From: Promethearchaeota archaeon
GTDB lineage: Archaea > Asgardarchaeota > Lokiarchaeia > Sigyniarchaeales > SOKP01
NCBI GenBank assembly: GCA_048938025.1
Contig: JBHLMP010000002.1
Span: forward strand, 32,001 to 96,000
Reading direction: 5' to 3'
Length of the DNA stretch: 64,000 bases
Of this stretch, positions 31,831 through 41,886 are shown in pieces (the stretch's first letter is position 1; the number at the start of each line of letters is the position of its first letter). The translations under genes were made by a program, and so were the position numbers. Below the pieces are notes generated by a model, which did not search any database, was not told the origin of the DNA, and saw only the letters and a list, made by a program, of their open reading frames with translations.

Positions 31831-32664
31831 TTATTTCTTCTTTATAATGATGTAAATTAGACACACTATAGCTAGAGTAGTTGTCCCTATTAAGAAAGTA
31901 AAGCTGAAACCAGGAATAGCCGATTCTTTGGAGGGAAATTTATGCTCCGCTTCTGTTTCATAAATTACACTACTTTCATTATTCTGTAATTTATAACCAA
32001 TAAATGCACCAGAGTCGCTATCAAATGTGTAATTTATAGTATAATTTGTTAAAAACCAAGTAGGATCAAGTGGAGGTATCGCGTTCTCAACGGTTAGAAT
32101 GAACTCATTGATTGTATGACCTGAAGACCAATTTAATTCCGCTAAGTAACTATTCGCAGGTATTGGGAGGAAATAAAAATGCTCTATAATAGAAACGCTA
32201 CCACTCACCCAAAAATCAAGTATAGAAACATTTCTTCCATTGTTAGCTGAAAGTGCTTGAACATCGTGAGGATCATATAAGGTATAATAAGAATCTGGAA
32301 ATGGGGTTACTGATTCAAACCCTGTAGTTGTCCAAGGCCATTGTCTAGTATAAATCTGGAAAGCAGACATATAACCTAATCCATAATCTATAGATACACT
32401 AGAAAGAAAATTTTCTATTTCCCATTTCATTTTCGCTCCAAGTTGATTCCAGCCTACACCAAATTGAGTATTTCCTTTTGTAACGTAGTCAGGACCTAAA
32501 ACCTCTTCTAAACCTGTAGGATCAAAAGAGACAACCTCCCAAATTATCTCACTACCTTTCTTTACTCCAGCTTGATATGTTGGATATTGAGCTCTTACAC
32601 TCAAATTAAAAGCTACAATCGATAATAATACTAATCCTATAAGAAAATATTTTGATTTTTTCAT
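31831..32664 (-). CDS. Secreted/surface protein with C-terminal IPGF-TM-basic sorting signal (Loki-CTERM-like)
   Basis: N-terminal signal peptide MKKSKYFLIGLVLL. C-terminus is AIPGFS plus a hydrophobic helix plus KKK. Confidence 0.75.
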   Translation of the reverse strand: MKKSKYFLIGLVLLSIVAFNLSVRAQYPTYQAGVKKGSEIIWEVVSFDPTGLEEVLGPDYVTKGNTQFGVGWNQLGAKMKWEIENFLSSVSIDYGLGYMSAFQIYTRQWPWTTTGFESVTPFPDSYYTLYDPHDVQALSANNGRNVSILDFWVSGSVSIIEHFYFLPIPANSYLAELNWSSGHTINEFILTVENAIPPLDPTWFLTNYTINYTFDSDSGAFIGYKLQNNESSVIYETEAEHKFPSKESAIPGFSFTFLIGTTTLAIVCLIYIIIKKK

Positions 32665-32782
32665 TTTTTTATATACTCCAATTAATCTCTTTTTTCATTT
32701 TTGGATTCGATTTATTAAATATATGTTAATTTTCTATATAAATATTTAATTTTTGGAAATTATTGGATGATGGTGAATTATT

Positions 32783-32854
32783 ATGGAATTCAAGCTTGAA
32801 AAGATAAACTTCTACTATGAGATTTTTGGTAGAGTCGAGGAAGTTATTAAATAG
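32783..32854 (+). pseudogene. 5' remnant of an alpha/beta-hydrolase paralogue
   Basis: GGTGA SD, then MEFKLEKINFYYEIFG, versus MECELKRIKIYYEIYG at 30942. Stops after 23 aa. Confidence 0.55.
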
Positions 32855-33974
32855 TTATATGTTTTAGATCTTCAAGAAAATCTTCTTTAATATCAGCGCC
32901 ATGACCGGGAAAATCTGGTATGATTATTTTTCCGTTATTCTTTACATCATATTCTATTCCGCCTACGATTGGGTCTTCCTTATGCATGAGAGCTGCATCT
33001 AAATCTACAAATACAATGTTGGGACATGCAGATACTAAATGAGCTCCAGCAGTTAAACCGAGGCGAGATTCATTGAAACATCCAATCATACATTTTATTC
33101 CACAACTTAGAGCTATAGCGTTTATCTTTAAAGCAGTAGATATTCCTCCAGATTTGCCTAATTTTATATTCAAATAATCACATGCACCCATCGAAGCCAG
33201 TTTAAATGCGTCGTGATGATCGAATATGGATTCATCAGCACAAATTGGAGCTAAACCTGTTTTTCTTAATCGTTTCATATTTTCATAATCCCAGAATGGC
33301 AAAGGTTGTTCTGCATATTCTAGATTATACGGTTCTATAGCTTTTAAAACCTGCACTGCTGTAGGATAATCCCATCCTTGGTTAGCATCGGTTCGGATTG
33401 ATATATCTTCGCTAATCTCTTTCCTAATTGTTTTAACAAGGTTAATATCCAAATCTTTATTCAAACCAACCTTCAATTTCAATGTAGAGAACCCCATATT
33501 AATTACCTCTTTAACCTTATCTATGGCTATTTCTAAATTTTCTTGGATTCCTATTGAGTAGTCAGTATTAATAATCCTTTTTTCACCACCTAATACCCTA
33601 TAAAGAGGTAATCCTGTAGCTTTGCCAATTATATCATAAAGAGCTAAATTAAAGGCTGATTTTATTTGGGTTTGTCTATTAATAGCTAGATCAATATCTC
33701 TCATCCGAGCTTCTATCGCTAACGGATCTTTGCCTTTAATAAATTTAGCGATATGAATACCTGCTTCATAAGCACTTGCTTGGGTATCACCAGTTATTCG
33801 CGGAGAAGGACATGCCTCTCCGACTCCATAAATATCATTATCGGTATTAATTCGAACTAAGATGTTATCTGCTTCATAGACTGTACCTAATGAGATTTTA
33901 AATGGAAATTTTAATGGAATATTGAGTTTAAAGATTTCAATATCACTTATTTTGAGTAAATTATATGGATTCAT
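32847..33974 (-). CDS. L-Ala-D/L-Glu dipeptide epimerase (enolase superfamily)
   Basis: KLKVG, DANQGW, EQP, DES, NIKLGKSGG and DLD motifs. Confidence 0.88.
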   Translation of the reverse strand: MNPYNLLKISDIEIFKLNIPLKFPFKISLGTVYEADNILVRINTDNDIYGVGEACPSPRITGDTQASAYEAGIHIAKFIKGKDPLAIEARMRDIDLAINRQTQIKSAFNLALYDIIGKATGLPLYRVLGGEKRIINTDYSIGIQENLEIAIDKVKEVINMGFSTLKLKVGLNKDLDINLVKTIRKEISEDISIRTDANQGWDYPTAVQVLKAIEPYNLEYAEQPLPFWDYENMKRLRKTGLAPICADESIFDHHDAFKLASMGACDYLNIKLGKSGGISTALKINAIALSCGIKCMIGCFNESRLGLTAGAHLVSACPNIVFVDLDAALMHKEDPIVGGIEYDVKNNGKIIIPDFPGHGADIKEDFLEDLKHITI

Positions 33975-34069
33975 TTTTAATAATAATTATATTAAAAATT
34001 TAATTTTTTTCTATCGAAATCAAAAATTAAAAAGGTTCTTAACTTAATATCATCTTAGTATCTTTTTAA

Positions 34070-35470
34070 ATGGTGAAATATGTGAGCGAAAATCAAATTG
34101 AATTATTTGAACTAGAAATAGCAGAATTAATGAGAGAATTTAAAATCCCCGGTCTTGCAATTGGAATTGTTAAAGATGGAAAACCTTTTTATGTTAAAGG
34201 GTTTGGAGCGAGAAATTTAGAAAAGAATCTTCCATTCACAGAGAACACATTATTTGGAATTGGGTCTATCTCAAAATCGTTTACAGCAATGGCAATAATG
34301 CAACTAATGGAGCAAGGGAAAATTAATCTACAAGATTCTTTAAATAAGTATTTAAATTTTAGACTAGGAGATCACGAAAATCCAATAAATTTATGTCATA
34401 TGCTTTCTCATTCCTCAGGAATTCCTGAATTAGATGGAAATGTTACAGCAATAGCACGGCAACTGGGTTCAATTGATGCTATTATTCCTATAAGTAGCTG
34501 GGATGATTTTCTTCTTCACTTGAATGGAGCAACTAAAGAAATTTTTAATAAACCAGACAAAAATTTCTTCTATAATAATGATATGTTTACATGTGCGGGT
34601 TTAATAATTGAAAAACTAACAGATATGAAATTTAATGAATATATTAAAAATTTCATTCTAAAACCTCTTGAAATGAATAGATCTACCTATTTAAAAGCAG
34701 AGTTTGAGAAAGATAACGATATTTTAACTGGATATCTTCCTTCTGAAGAAAAAAAGCCTTTTAAAGCCAGTATGCATCCATTCGACAAGTTAATCTATGC
34801 TCCTGGAGGTTTATTGAGTTCGGTTAAAGAAATGCAAAATTATATTATTATGTTGATTAATGAAGGGAGGTTTAATGATTCGGAAATTGTTCAAAAATCT
34901 TCAATAGAAGAAATGTGGAAACCTTATATAAAATCACCAATTGGCGCTGGAGATGCTTGGTATGGTTATGGTTGGATAATAGAAAAAGACTTTGTTGGAC
35001 ACCGATTAATATGTCATGGTGGAAATGTGGCAACTTCAACAGCTTTTTTGGCAATTATTCCAGATCAGAAGATGGGCGTTATTATAGGAGCGAATTGTGA
35101 TGCATCGGTAGTTATTGGTGCGATTGCTCGTAAATATCTTGGAATTCTCCTTGATAAAAATATTGACGAAGCCGCTCCATTTTTCAATGTTCATAAAAAA
35201 TTAAAATCACTAACGGGGAAATATAAAACCTATAAAGAAATTCAAATAATAGAAGTATCTCTTAATAATGGTATGCTATTCTTGAATCTTGAAGATCAAA
35301 TTGAACCTAAGCCAATAAACTTGCCACTTGCTCTTGAAAATTTGGAGGAATTGAAATTTTTCGTTCCAGTCCTTTATCCAGACCAAGAAATAAAAGTACA
35401 ATTTTTTGTCGATGAGCAAGCAAAAAAAGTGGATTTAATATTTGATCGGTATTATTTCCACAAAATCTAA
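34070..35470 (+). CDS. Serine hydrolase, beta-lactamase class C / D-peptidase family, with C-terminal domain
   Basis: SISK (SxxK), YNN, LSHSSG, GGLLSS and HGG motifs. Confidence 0.88.
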   Translation: MVKYVSENQIELFELEIAELMREFKIPGLAIGIVKDGKPFYVKGFGARNLEKNLPFTENTLFGIGSISKSFTAMAIMQLMEQGKINLQDSLNKYLNFRLGDHENPINLCHMLSHSSGIPELDGNVTAIARQLGSIDAIIPISSWDDFLLHLNGATKEIFNKPDKNFFYNNDMFTCAGLIIEKLTDMKFNEYIKNFILKPLEMNRSTYLKAEFEKDNDILTGYLPSEEKKPFKASMHPFDKLIYAPGGLLSSVKEMQNYIIMLINEGRFNDSEIVQKSSIEEMWKPYIKSPIGAGDAWYGYGWIIEKDFVGHRLICHGGNVATSTAFLAIIPDQKMGVIIGANCDASVVIGAIARKYLGILLDKNIDEAAPFFNVHKKLKSLTGKYKTYKEIQIIEVSLNNGMLFLNLEDQIEPKPINLPLALENLEELKFFVPVLYPDQEIKVQFFVDEQAKKVDLIFDRYYFHKI

Positions 35471-35482
35471 ATCTTATTTTAT

Positions 35483-36538
35483 TTATTCTATTTCCTTAGG
35501 TTCTTCTCTAGGTAATCTTTCATTAACGGGCAATATTGATTTAAATGCTTTATGAGGTTCTGTCTGATACCAATAAACAGTAGAGGACCAATCATCTGAA
35601 CGTTGATTTGCATGACCATGCTCTATTTTAACTTTGATATTTTTATGGAAATATATAGGATCTTCAATATGATATCTGTAATAGGAAATTTTTCCACTCC
35701 AATTCTTCCCACCTGGTAAAGGAATCCCAAAATAAGGGGAACAATAATATTGGGTAGGACACCATGCGCCACAAAAATAGTCCTCTGTTCCAGTACCAAA
35801 AAGTACTATTTCACCATCATCAATTTCAATATAATCATCTCCCTCACCTGGCCAATTATGCTTTTCTGTTTCATATAAATTATGGATATCCAAGTGACAT
35901 CCAACATAATGTCCCTGACCTTCTGCTTCTAATAATATAAAATCATTTTGATGAGTAGGATTTTTTTTAAAAAAAGTTTCCTTAAATTTTTGAGTTTTAT
36001 AATTTTTACCACTACATGGATTTTGACGATTCCAATAAACATGAAATTTTCCTAATGAAGAATCTAATTCATTATATTCCTCATAGTCAATATAGTAATA
36101 ATTCACAAGTTTTTCATTTGTTTCATTTTCAACCTCAATTTTTGCATTTTTAGCGAAAGGCATTGGAAACCAACAATTAAAGCCTTTACCCTCCTCAGGT
36201 CCCATAGAAAGTGGCAAACTCCAAAAGTTTACTGATTTAGCATGTCCTACTCCAAAAAAATCGCCAATGGGAGACTCTACGGAAGGATATTCTTCATTAT
36301 CCCACCACATCCGTATAATAACTTTCCTAAGATATAATGGATCCCTTGATGCTAAGGTCATCCAGATATGTTTTATAATTCCTGTTCCTCTAATATTACA
36401 AAGCACTTGTTTTTCCATTGGATTTATAGTAATAAAGTCCATATTTGCACCAGACTTATCATAACTAGAAATTCGCCTCCTTTTAACATCCTTTTTTATT
36501 TTTGCGAGATTATTTATAGAAGATATTCTAATTTCCAT
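35483..36538 (-). CDS. DUF2961 / GH172-family glycoside hydrolase
   Basis: SSYDKSGAN.D, PIGDFFG, PMPF, GEGD, GTGTEDYF and EHGHAN motifs. Confidence 0.88.
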   Translation of the reverse strand: MEIRISSINNLAKIKKDVKRRRISSYDKSGANMDFITINPMEKQVLCNIRGTGIIKHIWMTLASRDPLYLRKVIIRMWWDNEEYPSVESPIGDFFGVGHAKSVNFWSLPLSMGPEEGKGFNCWFPMPFAKNAKIEVENETNEKLVNYYYIDYEEYNELDSSLGKFHVYWNRQNPCSGKNYKTQKFKETFFKKNPTHQNDFILLEAEGQGHYVGCHLDIHNLYETEKHNWPGEGDDYIEIDDGEIVLFGTGTEDYFCGAWCPTQYYCSPYFGIPLPGGKNWSGKISYYRYHIEDPIYFHKNIKVKIEHGHANQRSDDWSSTVYWYQTEPHKAFKSILPVNERLPREEPKEIE

Positions 36539-36624
36539 TTATCCCAACCTATTCTAATAATAATTAAATGGAAAAAGAAAAGAGTATAAAAAAACTTATT
36601 TTTTTCTAATTAATAGATTTTAAC

Positions 36625-37041
36625 TTATTCTCCTTGAATTTGAACGAAAACTCGTCTATTCCGAGGTCCATCATATTCAGCAAACATTATACCCTGCCAG
36701 GTCCCAAGCATTAATCTTTTCTTATGGATTAATAGTTCAATCGAATGCCCTGTAAGGGAACATTTAATGTGGGCATCAGAGTTTCCCTCTCTATGCTTAA
36801 AAGAGTAGCCTAATCCTCCACCATTCGGGATTAGTTTGCCTAAATAATTACTAATATCCTTTATTACCGAAGGATCTGCGTTTTCATTAATAGTTATACC
36901 AGCAGTAGTATGAGGGACAAAAACTCTACAAACTCCTTCTTCAACATTTGAATCTCTAAAAATCTTACGGATCTCATTTGTAATATCTAAAAGAATTTCT
37001 CTTTCTGGGGTTTTTATTCTAAATTCCTCAAATAATATCAT
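36625..37041 (-). CDS. yjbQ: YjbQ / UPF0047 family protein
   Basis: HTTAGITINENADP, GNSDAHIK and LGTWQ...EYDGPR motifs. Confidence 0.92.
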   Translation of the reverse strand: MILFEEFRIKTPEREILLDITNEIRKIFRDSNVEEGVCRVFVPHTTAGITINENADPSVIKDISNYLGKLIPNGGGLGYSFKHREGNSDAHIKCSLTGHSIELLIHKKRLMLGTWQGIMFAEYDGPRNRRVFVQIQGE

Positions 37042-37087
37042 TATATCACCAAGTTTTAATTAATCTATAAAAGTTTAAATTAATTTC

Positions 37088-37855
37088 CTAATCATTAAAA
37101 GAACCGTGTTTTCCTTTACCTCCTGTGAAAGCAATACTTCCTTTCAAATATTCACCACTCTCCAGAGTTTTTAATCCATATTCAAATTCATTACCCATAG
37201 CATCTTCTATATTTAGATTAAATTGCTCATAAGTGGATAGTCGATCATTTCTCATGCAAGTTTTTGGAAAAGCAGCTATTTCTCTTGCTAACTTCTCTGC
37301 TTCTTGTCTTGATTGCCCTTCCTCAACAATCTTATTGGCGAGACCCCATGAATATGCTTCTTCGGCTGTTATTGGGCGTCCAGTAAGAATCATATCCATA
37401 GCTCGACTTAATCCTATGAGTCGAGGTAAGCGTACAGTTCCTCCATCAACTAACGGGACACCAAATCTACGATTAAACACACCAAATATAGTATTCTTCT
37501 CAACAACGCGTATATCACACCATAATGCAAGTTCAAGACCACCAGCAACAGCATATCCTGCTACAGCGGCAATTACAGGTTTAGATAATCTCATCCTGGT
37601 AGGCCCCATAGGACCATCTCCTTCTTTCTCGATTAGATTTCCATAACCATCAACAATCGCTTTTAAATTAGCACCAGAACAAAAGGTTCCATTATCACCC
37701 CAAAGAATAGCTACTTCAGCTTTTTCATCCTTCTCAAATTCTCGAAATGCATCAGCGAGCGCTTTTGCTGTAGGACCATCTACTGCATTTTTAACTTTAG
37801 GATTATTTATAATAACCGTATATATAGGATATTTCCTTTCAATCATAACTACCAT
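37088..37855 (-). CDS. Crotonase / enoyl-CoA hydratase
   Basis: FCSGANL, GYAVAGGLELALWCD and GVPLVDGGTVRLPRLIG motifs. Confidence 0.92.
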   Translation of the reverse strand: MVVMIERKYPIYTVIINNPKVKNAVDGPTAKALADAFREFEKDEKAEVAILWGDNGTFCSGANLKAIVDGYGNLIEKEGDGPMGPTRMRLSKPVIAAVAGYAVAGGLELALWCDIRVVEKNTIFGVFNRRFGVPLVDGGTVRLPRLIGLSRAMDMILTGRPITAEEAYSWGLANKIVEEGQSRQEAEKLAREIAAFPKTCMRNDRLSTYEQFNLNIEDAMGNEFEYGLKTLESGEYLKGSIAFTGGKGKHGSFND

Positions 37856-38233
37856 GGAAAAAAATAAATTTTTAGAAATAAAAAATTTTTTTCTATTTTT
37901 AGATTATTCTTTAAAAGTTATGTTTATAGATTTATTAATTTAGATTACTTTTTTTATTGACTCAGATTAAATCAAATATTATCTCTAGTTTGATTTTGAG
38001 AGATTGCTACAAATTTAATTTAATCTGTTCAATAAATTTCTTTAAGCATTAAAGATCACTTCTAATAATTATACTTATTAATCAGCTTTAATAATTACAG
38101 ACGAATCGGTTAAACTTATATATGATGCAGATTATTCAACTCAATATCGAATTAATTAATTATTTTATTGAAAAAATAGATAGTTATTTTATTAAAAAAT
38201 AAGAAAACTTTTAATAATTAAAGGTCGGAAAAA

Positions 38234-39259
38234 ATGGTTATAAAAACCAATATAACTGAAATGTTAGGCATTAAACATCCTATAATTGCAGCACCAATGG
38301 GACCCTTTTACACAACAAAACTAACAATAGCTGTTTCTGAGGCCGGTGGTTTAGGTGTTTTAAGCCATATAACATTAAGTGAAGGAGTTACGTTAAACCA
38401 AATAAAAGAAAGTATGAAAACAGTAGTTGACTATACTGATAAGCCTTTTGGACTGAATATTAGAACAGCAACACTACAACCTGATGCGATAAAATTATGT
38501 AGACAAATTCCAAGATTTATAATGAATAATCCTAAAATCAAGGATCAATGTAATTATTTAATTACTAGCGCAGGATCTCCAAAATTATTATACAACAAGT
38601 ATTTTCAGGCATTGAAAGAATGTTCAAATATTAAGCATTTTCATGTAATACCTTCCTTAATGCTAGCTAAAAAAGTAATAAAGTATGGAGTTGATGGAGT
38701 GGTCGCAACTGGACATGAAGGTGGTGGTCATCAATCATATGAAAATACAAGCACATTAATTCTATTACAACAAATTAGAAAAGAATTACCAGAAGTTCCT
38801 GTGATTGCCTGTGGAGGGTATGCTACTGGAGAAGGATTAGCATCAGCTTTAGCGATGGGAGCTGGGGCTATTTCAATGGGAACAAGATTTATTGCATCAA
38901 AGGAATGTGAATTCCATGAAAATTATAAAAGTAAGGTCAAAAGTTCAACTGTATCTGATATTAAATTAGTTACAGGGGTTTTTGGACCTGCTCGAGTATT
39001 GAAGAATAGTTATACGGAAAACAGTACTACAGTTTCAAATAAAACAGAAAAAAGAGCTGAAGAAACATCAATCTCAGTTATAAGAGAGGATGTAATTAGA
39101 TTAGAAAAAGCCTATAAGGGAAATGTCGATGACGGTATTGTTCTTTTAGGACAGAGTTGTGGGTTGGTAGATGATATTAATAGTGTCTCAGACATTATTA
39201 ATTCAATTGTATATAATGCTGAGGAATGTTTAAAGAGTGCATACAACATGATAACATAA
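38234..39259 (+). CDS. Nitronate monooxygenase / FabK-like FMN oxidoreductase
   Basis: PIIAAPMG, AGGLG, GHEGGGH, PVIACGG, MGTRF and GQSCG motifs. Confidence 0.88.
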   Translation: MVIKTNITEMLGIKHPIIAAPMGPFYTTKLTIAVSEAGGLGVLSHITLSEGVTLNQIKESMKTVVDYTDKPFGLNIRTATLQPDAIKLCRQIPRFIMNNPKIKDQCNYLITSAGSPKLLYNKYFQALKECSNIKHFHVIPSLMLAKKVIKYGVDGVVATGHEGGGHQSYENTSTLILLQQIRKELPEVPVIACGGYATGEGLASALAMGAGAISMGTRFIASKECEFHENYKSKVKSSTVSDIKLVTGVFGPARVLKNSYTENSTTVSNKTEKRAEETSISVIREDVIRLEKAYKGNVDDGIVLLGQSCGLVDDINSVSDIINSIVYNAEECLKSAYNMIT

Positions 39260-39293
39260 GTTTATAATTAAGAAAACCGAGGGATTTAAAAAA

Positions 39294-39509
39294 ATGTCTG
39301 ATTCCGTGGTTATGTCAATCTTTCAAAAAACTAATATCGCAGAAATAAATAGCATGAGATTATTCGATTATGAAAATTCTCTATATAATTATTTTAGTGA
39401 CAATAATAGTTCAAACTTTTGTCAACGGTATTTTAAATGGTTTGAACATACTAAATTTGATAAAACCAATAATTCTTTCTTAAGTGATTTTGAAAAAAAT
39501 TTTATGTGA
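39294..39509 (+). CDS. Hypothetical small protein
   Basis: 71-aa ORF preceded by GAGGG. No recognised motif. Confidence 0.35.
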   Translation: MSDSVVMSIFQKTNIAEINSMRLFDYENSLYNYFSDNNSSNFCQRYFKWFEHTKFDKTNNSFLSDFEKNFM

Positions 39510-39552
39510 AATTAGAATTAATTGAAGGAAAAAAAGTATTAATTAAAAAATT

Positions 39553-40641
39553 TTATTTTTGATTTTTCAAATACTCATTCATTTCCACAAAACTACTCGT
39601 TCTTATTAATGCAGCTTTAAGAAATTGGAAACCAATATCATATGTCGATCCATCACCTCCGATATGAATAATCCAAGGAATTTCATGATCATATAGCCCT
39701 TTAGCTTTCATAATCTTTTTCGCAGTGGAGATAGCTTCAGCGACAGTAGCACCAGATTCAAATAAGTGGTGTACCCAAGGAACATTCCATGAGGTCACGT
39801 TATCTTTTGAAGTTGAGACCTCTGAACAACTAGTGTTATTCACATAAATTATGTTAGTATTAGCAACCGCAGTCGCAGCTGTTGCCATTTGATTTAATAC
39901 CATTCCGGCACCACAACCAGGACATAAACCATGACCTGGTTGTAGATGAGTTTGAGGCTGTAATTTCTTCCGATTAATTCTATAAACTTCAACAGGTTTC
40001 TCAGCACCGAAATTTTCTATTAATTTTTTCAGTTTATTATTTCTTTGTTCTGTTAGATAAATAATTTCATCAATCTCTTTTTCCATAAATTTAGGTTTAA
40101 ATAGATGCCTAAATTTGCCCATCGATTTAAGATACTCTACAAATTTTTCTTTATCAATATCTAATCCGCGATAATAGGTAAAAACAGGGACGCCATCTTC
40201 TACTCTGACTGTATAAAGCGGCCAATATCCACAATCAGTTGCCAATTTTGAGATTTTGAGAGTATCAGCAGCACCATGTCTCCACCCTCTCATACAATCC
40301 GAATATGCTTGAATGAAAGCAGATCCATCCGATTTAAGAGCGTCTGCTACCTTTCCCATAAAATCATTAGGATATGCTGGATTTACAGTAGCTAAGAAGA
40401 GCTTTATTGTCCCATAGAAAGCAAATGGGGTAACTAAATCTTGCTTGACACCTATTTTACCTGGGATCTTTTCTCCCGCAGGACCAGTCGTAGTGGAAGC
40501 ATAAGGTGGTGTAGCTCCACTTTCTTGAATTCCTGTATTCATAAAAGCTTCATTATCGTAGTTGAAAAATAGAACATTAGATTTTTCATTTCGGACTAAA
40601 ATATCCTCAAAATTAATTACATTCCTCTCTGGTTTTGACAT
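39553..40641 (-). CDS. porB: Pyruvate/2-oxoacid:ferredoxin oxidoreductase beta subunit, circularly permuted
   Basis: All PorB motifs are present but in permuted order: YDNEAFMNTG.Q.S..TP, SDC..GW, GYWPLY, then PGHGLCPGCG, TSCSEV, HLFE, GGDGSTYDIGFQ. Confidence 0.88.
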   Translation of the reverse strand: MSKPERNVINFEDILVRNEKSNVLFFNYDNEAFMNTGIQESGATPPYASTTTGPAGEKIPGKIGVKQDLVTPFAFYGTIKLFLATVNPAYPNDFMGKVADALKSDGSAFIQAYSDCMRGWRHGAADTLKISKLATDCGYWPLYTVRVEDGVPVFTYYRGLDIDKEKFVEYLKSMGKFRHLFKPKFMEKEIDEIIYLTEQRNNKLKKLIENFGAEKPVEVYRINRKKLQPQTHLQPGHGLCPGCGAGMVLNQMATAATAVANTNIIYVNNTSCSEVSTSKDNVTSWNVPWVHHLFESGATVAEAISTAKKIMKAKGLYDHEIPWIIHIGGDGSTYDIGFQFLKAALIRTSSFVEMNEYLKNQK

Positions 40642-40645
40642 TTTA

Positions 40646-41872
40646 TTAATCCACCCCGTATATTTTTTCTTTAGTTTCTCTCACTCCTAGATAATGATAT
40701 AGTTGTCCCTTCATGTCTGTAACAGCTTCCATTTTCTTTTTCGCTACATTAAACTCATCTCTCGTAACATCACGTCCACCTAAACCAACTATAAAACTTC
40801 TAAATAAAGTGCCTAGTGGATATAACGCAGAGGCAACAGACATTGAAAATGGTGGTAGCATCCCATTTAACGAGTCGCTTTTTTCTAATAGAATTAATTT
40901 TTCTATATTATGGTCTTCCACAATTTTTCGAAATTCTTCATATGGAAATGGTCGATATGCTCTTATTTTAATTAAACCGACATCCTTGTTTTTTGTCATC
41001 CAACTAATAATATTACCGCATACTGAGCCCATTGTACAAAAAGCAGTTTTTGAAGAGTTGTCTAAATTATAAGTTTCAATCAGATTATAGGCTCTTCCCG
41101 TTTCGGCTTCGAACTTTTTGAAGACATCAACCATTTGACCTAAAACTGGTTGTTTTGCTTCTTCCAACTGTGCTCTTCCTTCCATAAAATAAGAAGGAGT
41201 AACAATACCACCCCATGTACCGGGTTTTGAAGGATCAATTGTATGTCTTGGCTTTTTAGGGGTCATTTTTTTGACTCTTTCATCTGGAATTAGTGTTAGT
41301 TTCTGTACTGAATGAGATATTATAAAGCCATCATGTACAAATATAGTTGGAAATAATGAGTCTTCTGAGATCATAACAGAAATGATTGCAGCATCATAGG
41401 TCTCTTGAACATTTTCAGATACAATTATATTCCAACCAAGTTCAGAATTCGTTTGAGTATATTCCCAAGAATTCCAAATAGATAAATTCGGTGAATTAAA
41501 AGCCCGAGCAGAAATCATCATCGTTAAAGGCAATCTCCACCCTACAGCCATAGGAAGAGCTTCTGTCATCAATAAATAACCTTGACTTGCGGTAGCTGTA
41601 AAAGCTCTTGCTCCTGCTGCACAAGCAGCAGTTGAAAAACTTATTGCAGCTAATTCGGATTCTACATTTACAAATGCTGCTTTTAATCTTCCGTTATGAA
41701 CAACATCGGATAATCCTTCAACTGATTGGGTCTGAGGGGTGATAGGAAAGGCGCATATGACATCTGGATCAGTTTGAGTAACTCCCCCGGCAACTGCATA
41801 ATTTCCAATCATAGTAGTTACTATAGGTTCCTTAATTTCCTTAAAAAATATCCTCATCGGTTCTATTGACAT
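40646..41872 (-). CDS. porA: Pyruvate/2-oxoacid:ferredoxin oxidoreductase alpha subunit
   Basis: GNYAVA, AFPITPQT, ESE, TATASQG, DGFIISH, RPFP and GLGGRD motifs. Start placed at ATG 41872 after a GAGGTG SD. Confidence 0.92.
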   Translation of the reverse strand: MSIEPMRIFFKEIKEPIVTTMIGNYAVAGGVTQTDPDVICAFPITPQTQSVEGLSDVVHNGRLKAAFVNVESELAAISFSTAACAAGARAFTATASQGYLLMTEALPMAVGWRLPLTMMISARAFNSPNLSIWNSWEYTQTNSELGWNIIVSENVQETYDAAIISVMISEDSLFPTIFVHDGFIISHSVQKLTLIPDERVKKMTPKKPRHTIDPSKPGTWGGIVTPSYFMEGRAQLEEAKQPVLGQMVDVFKKFEAETGRAYNLIETYNLDNSSKTAFCTMGSVCGNIISWMTKNKDVGLIKIRAYRPFPYEEFRKIVEDHNIEKLILLEKSDSLNGMLPPFSMSVASALYPLGTLFRSFIVGLGGRDVTRDEFNVAKKKMEAVTDMKGQLYHYLGVRETKEKIYGVD

Positions 41873-41886
41873 TTTTTTCACCTCAT

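Noticed and set aside
39553-40641. Permuted porB repaired by mRNA circularisation
   Set aside because: I saw no complementarity or BHB motif between the gene ends. There is also no internal stop at the canonical C-terminus, so a protein-level permutation is simpler.
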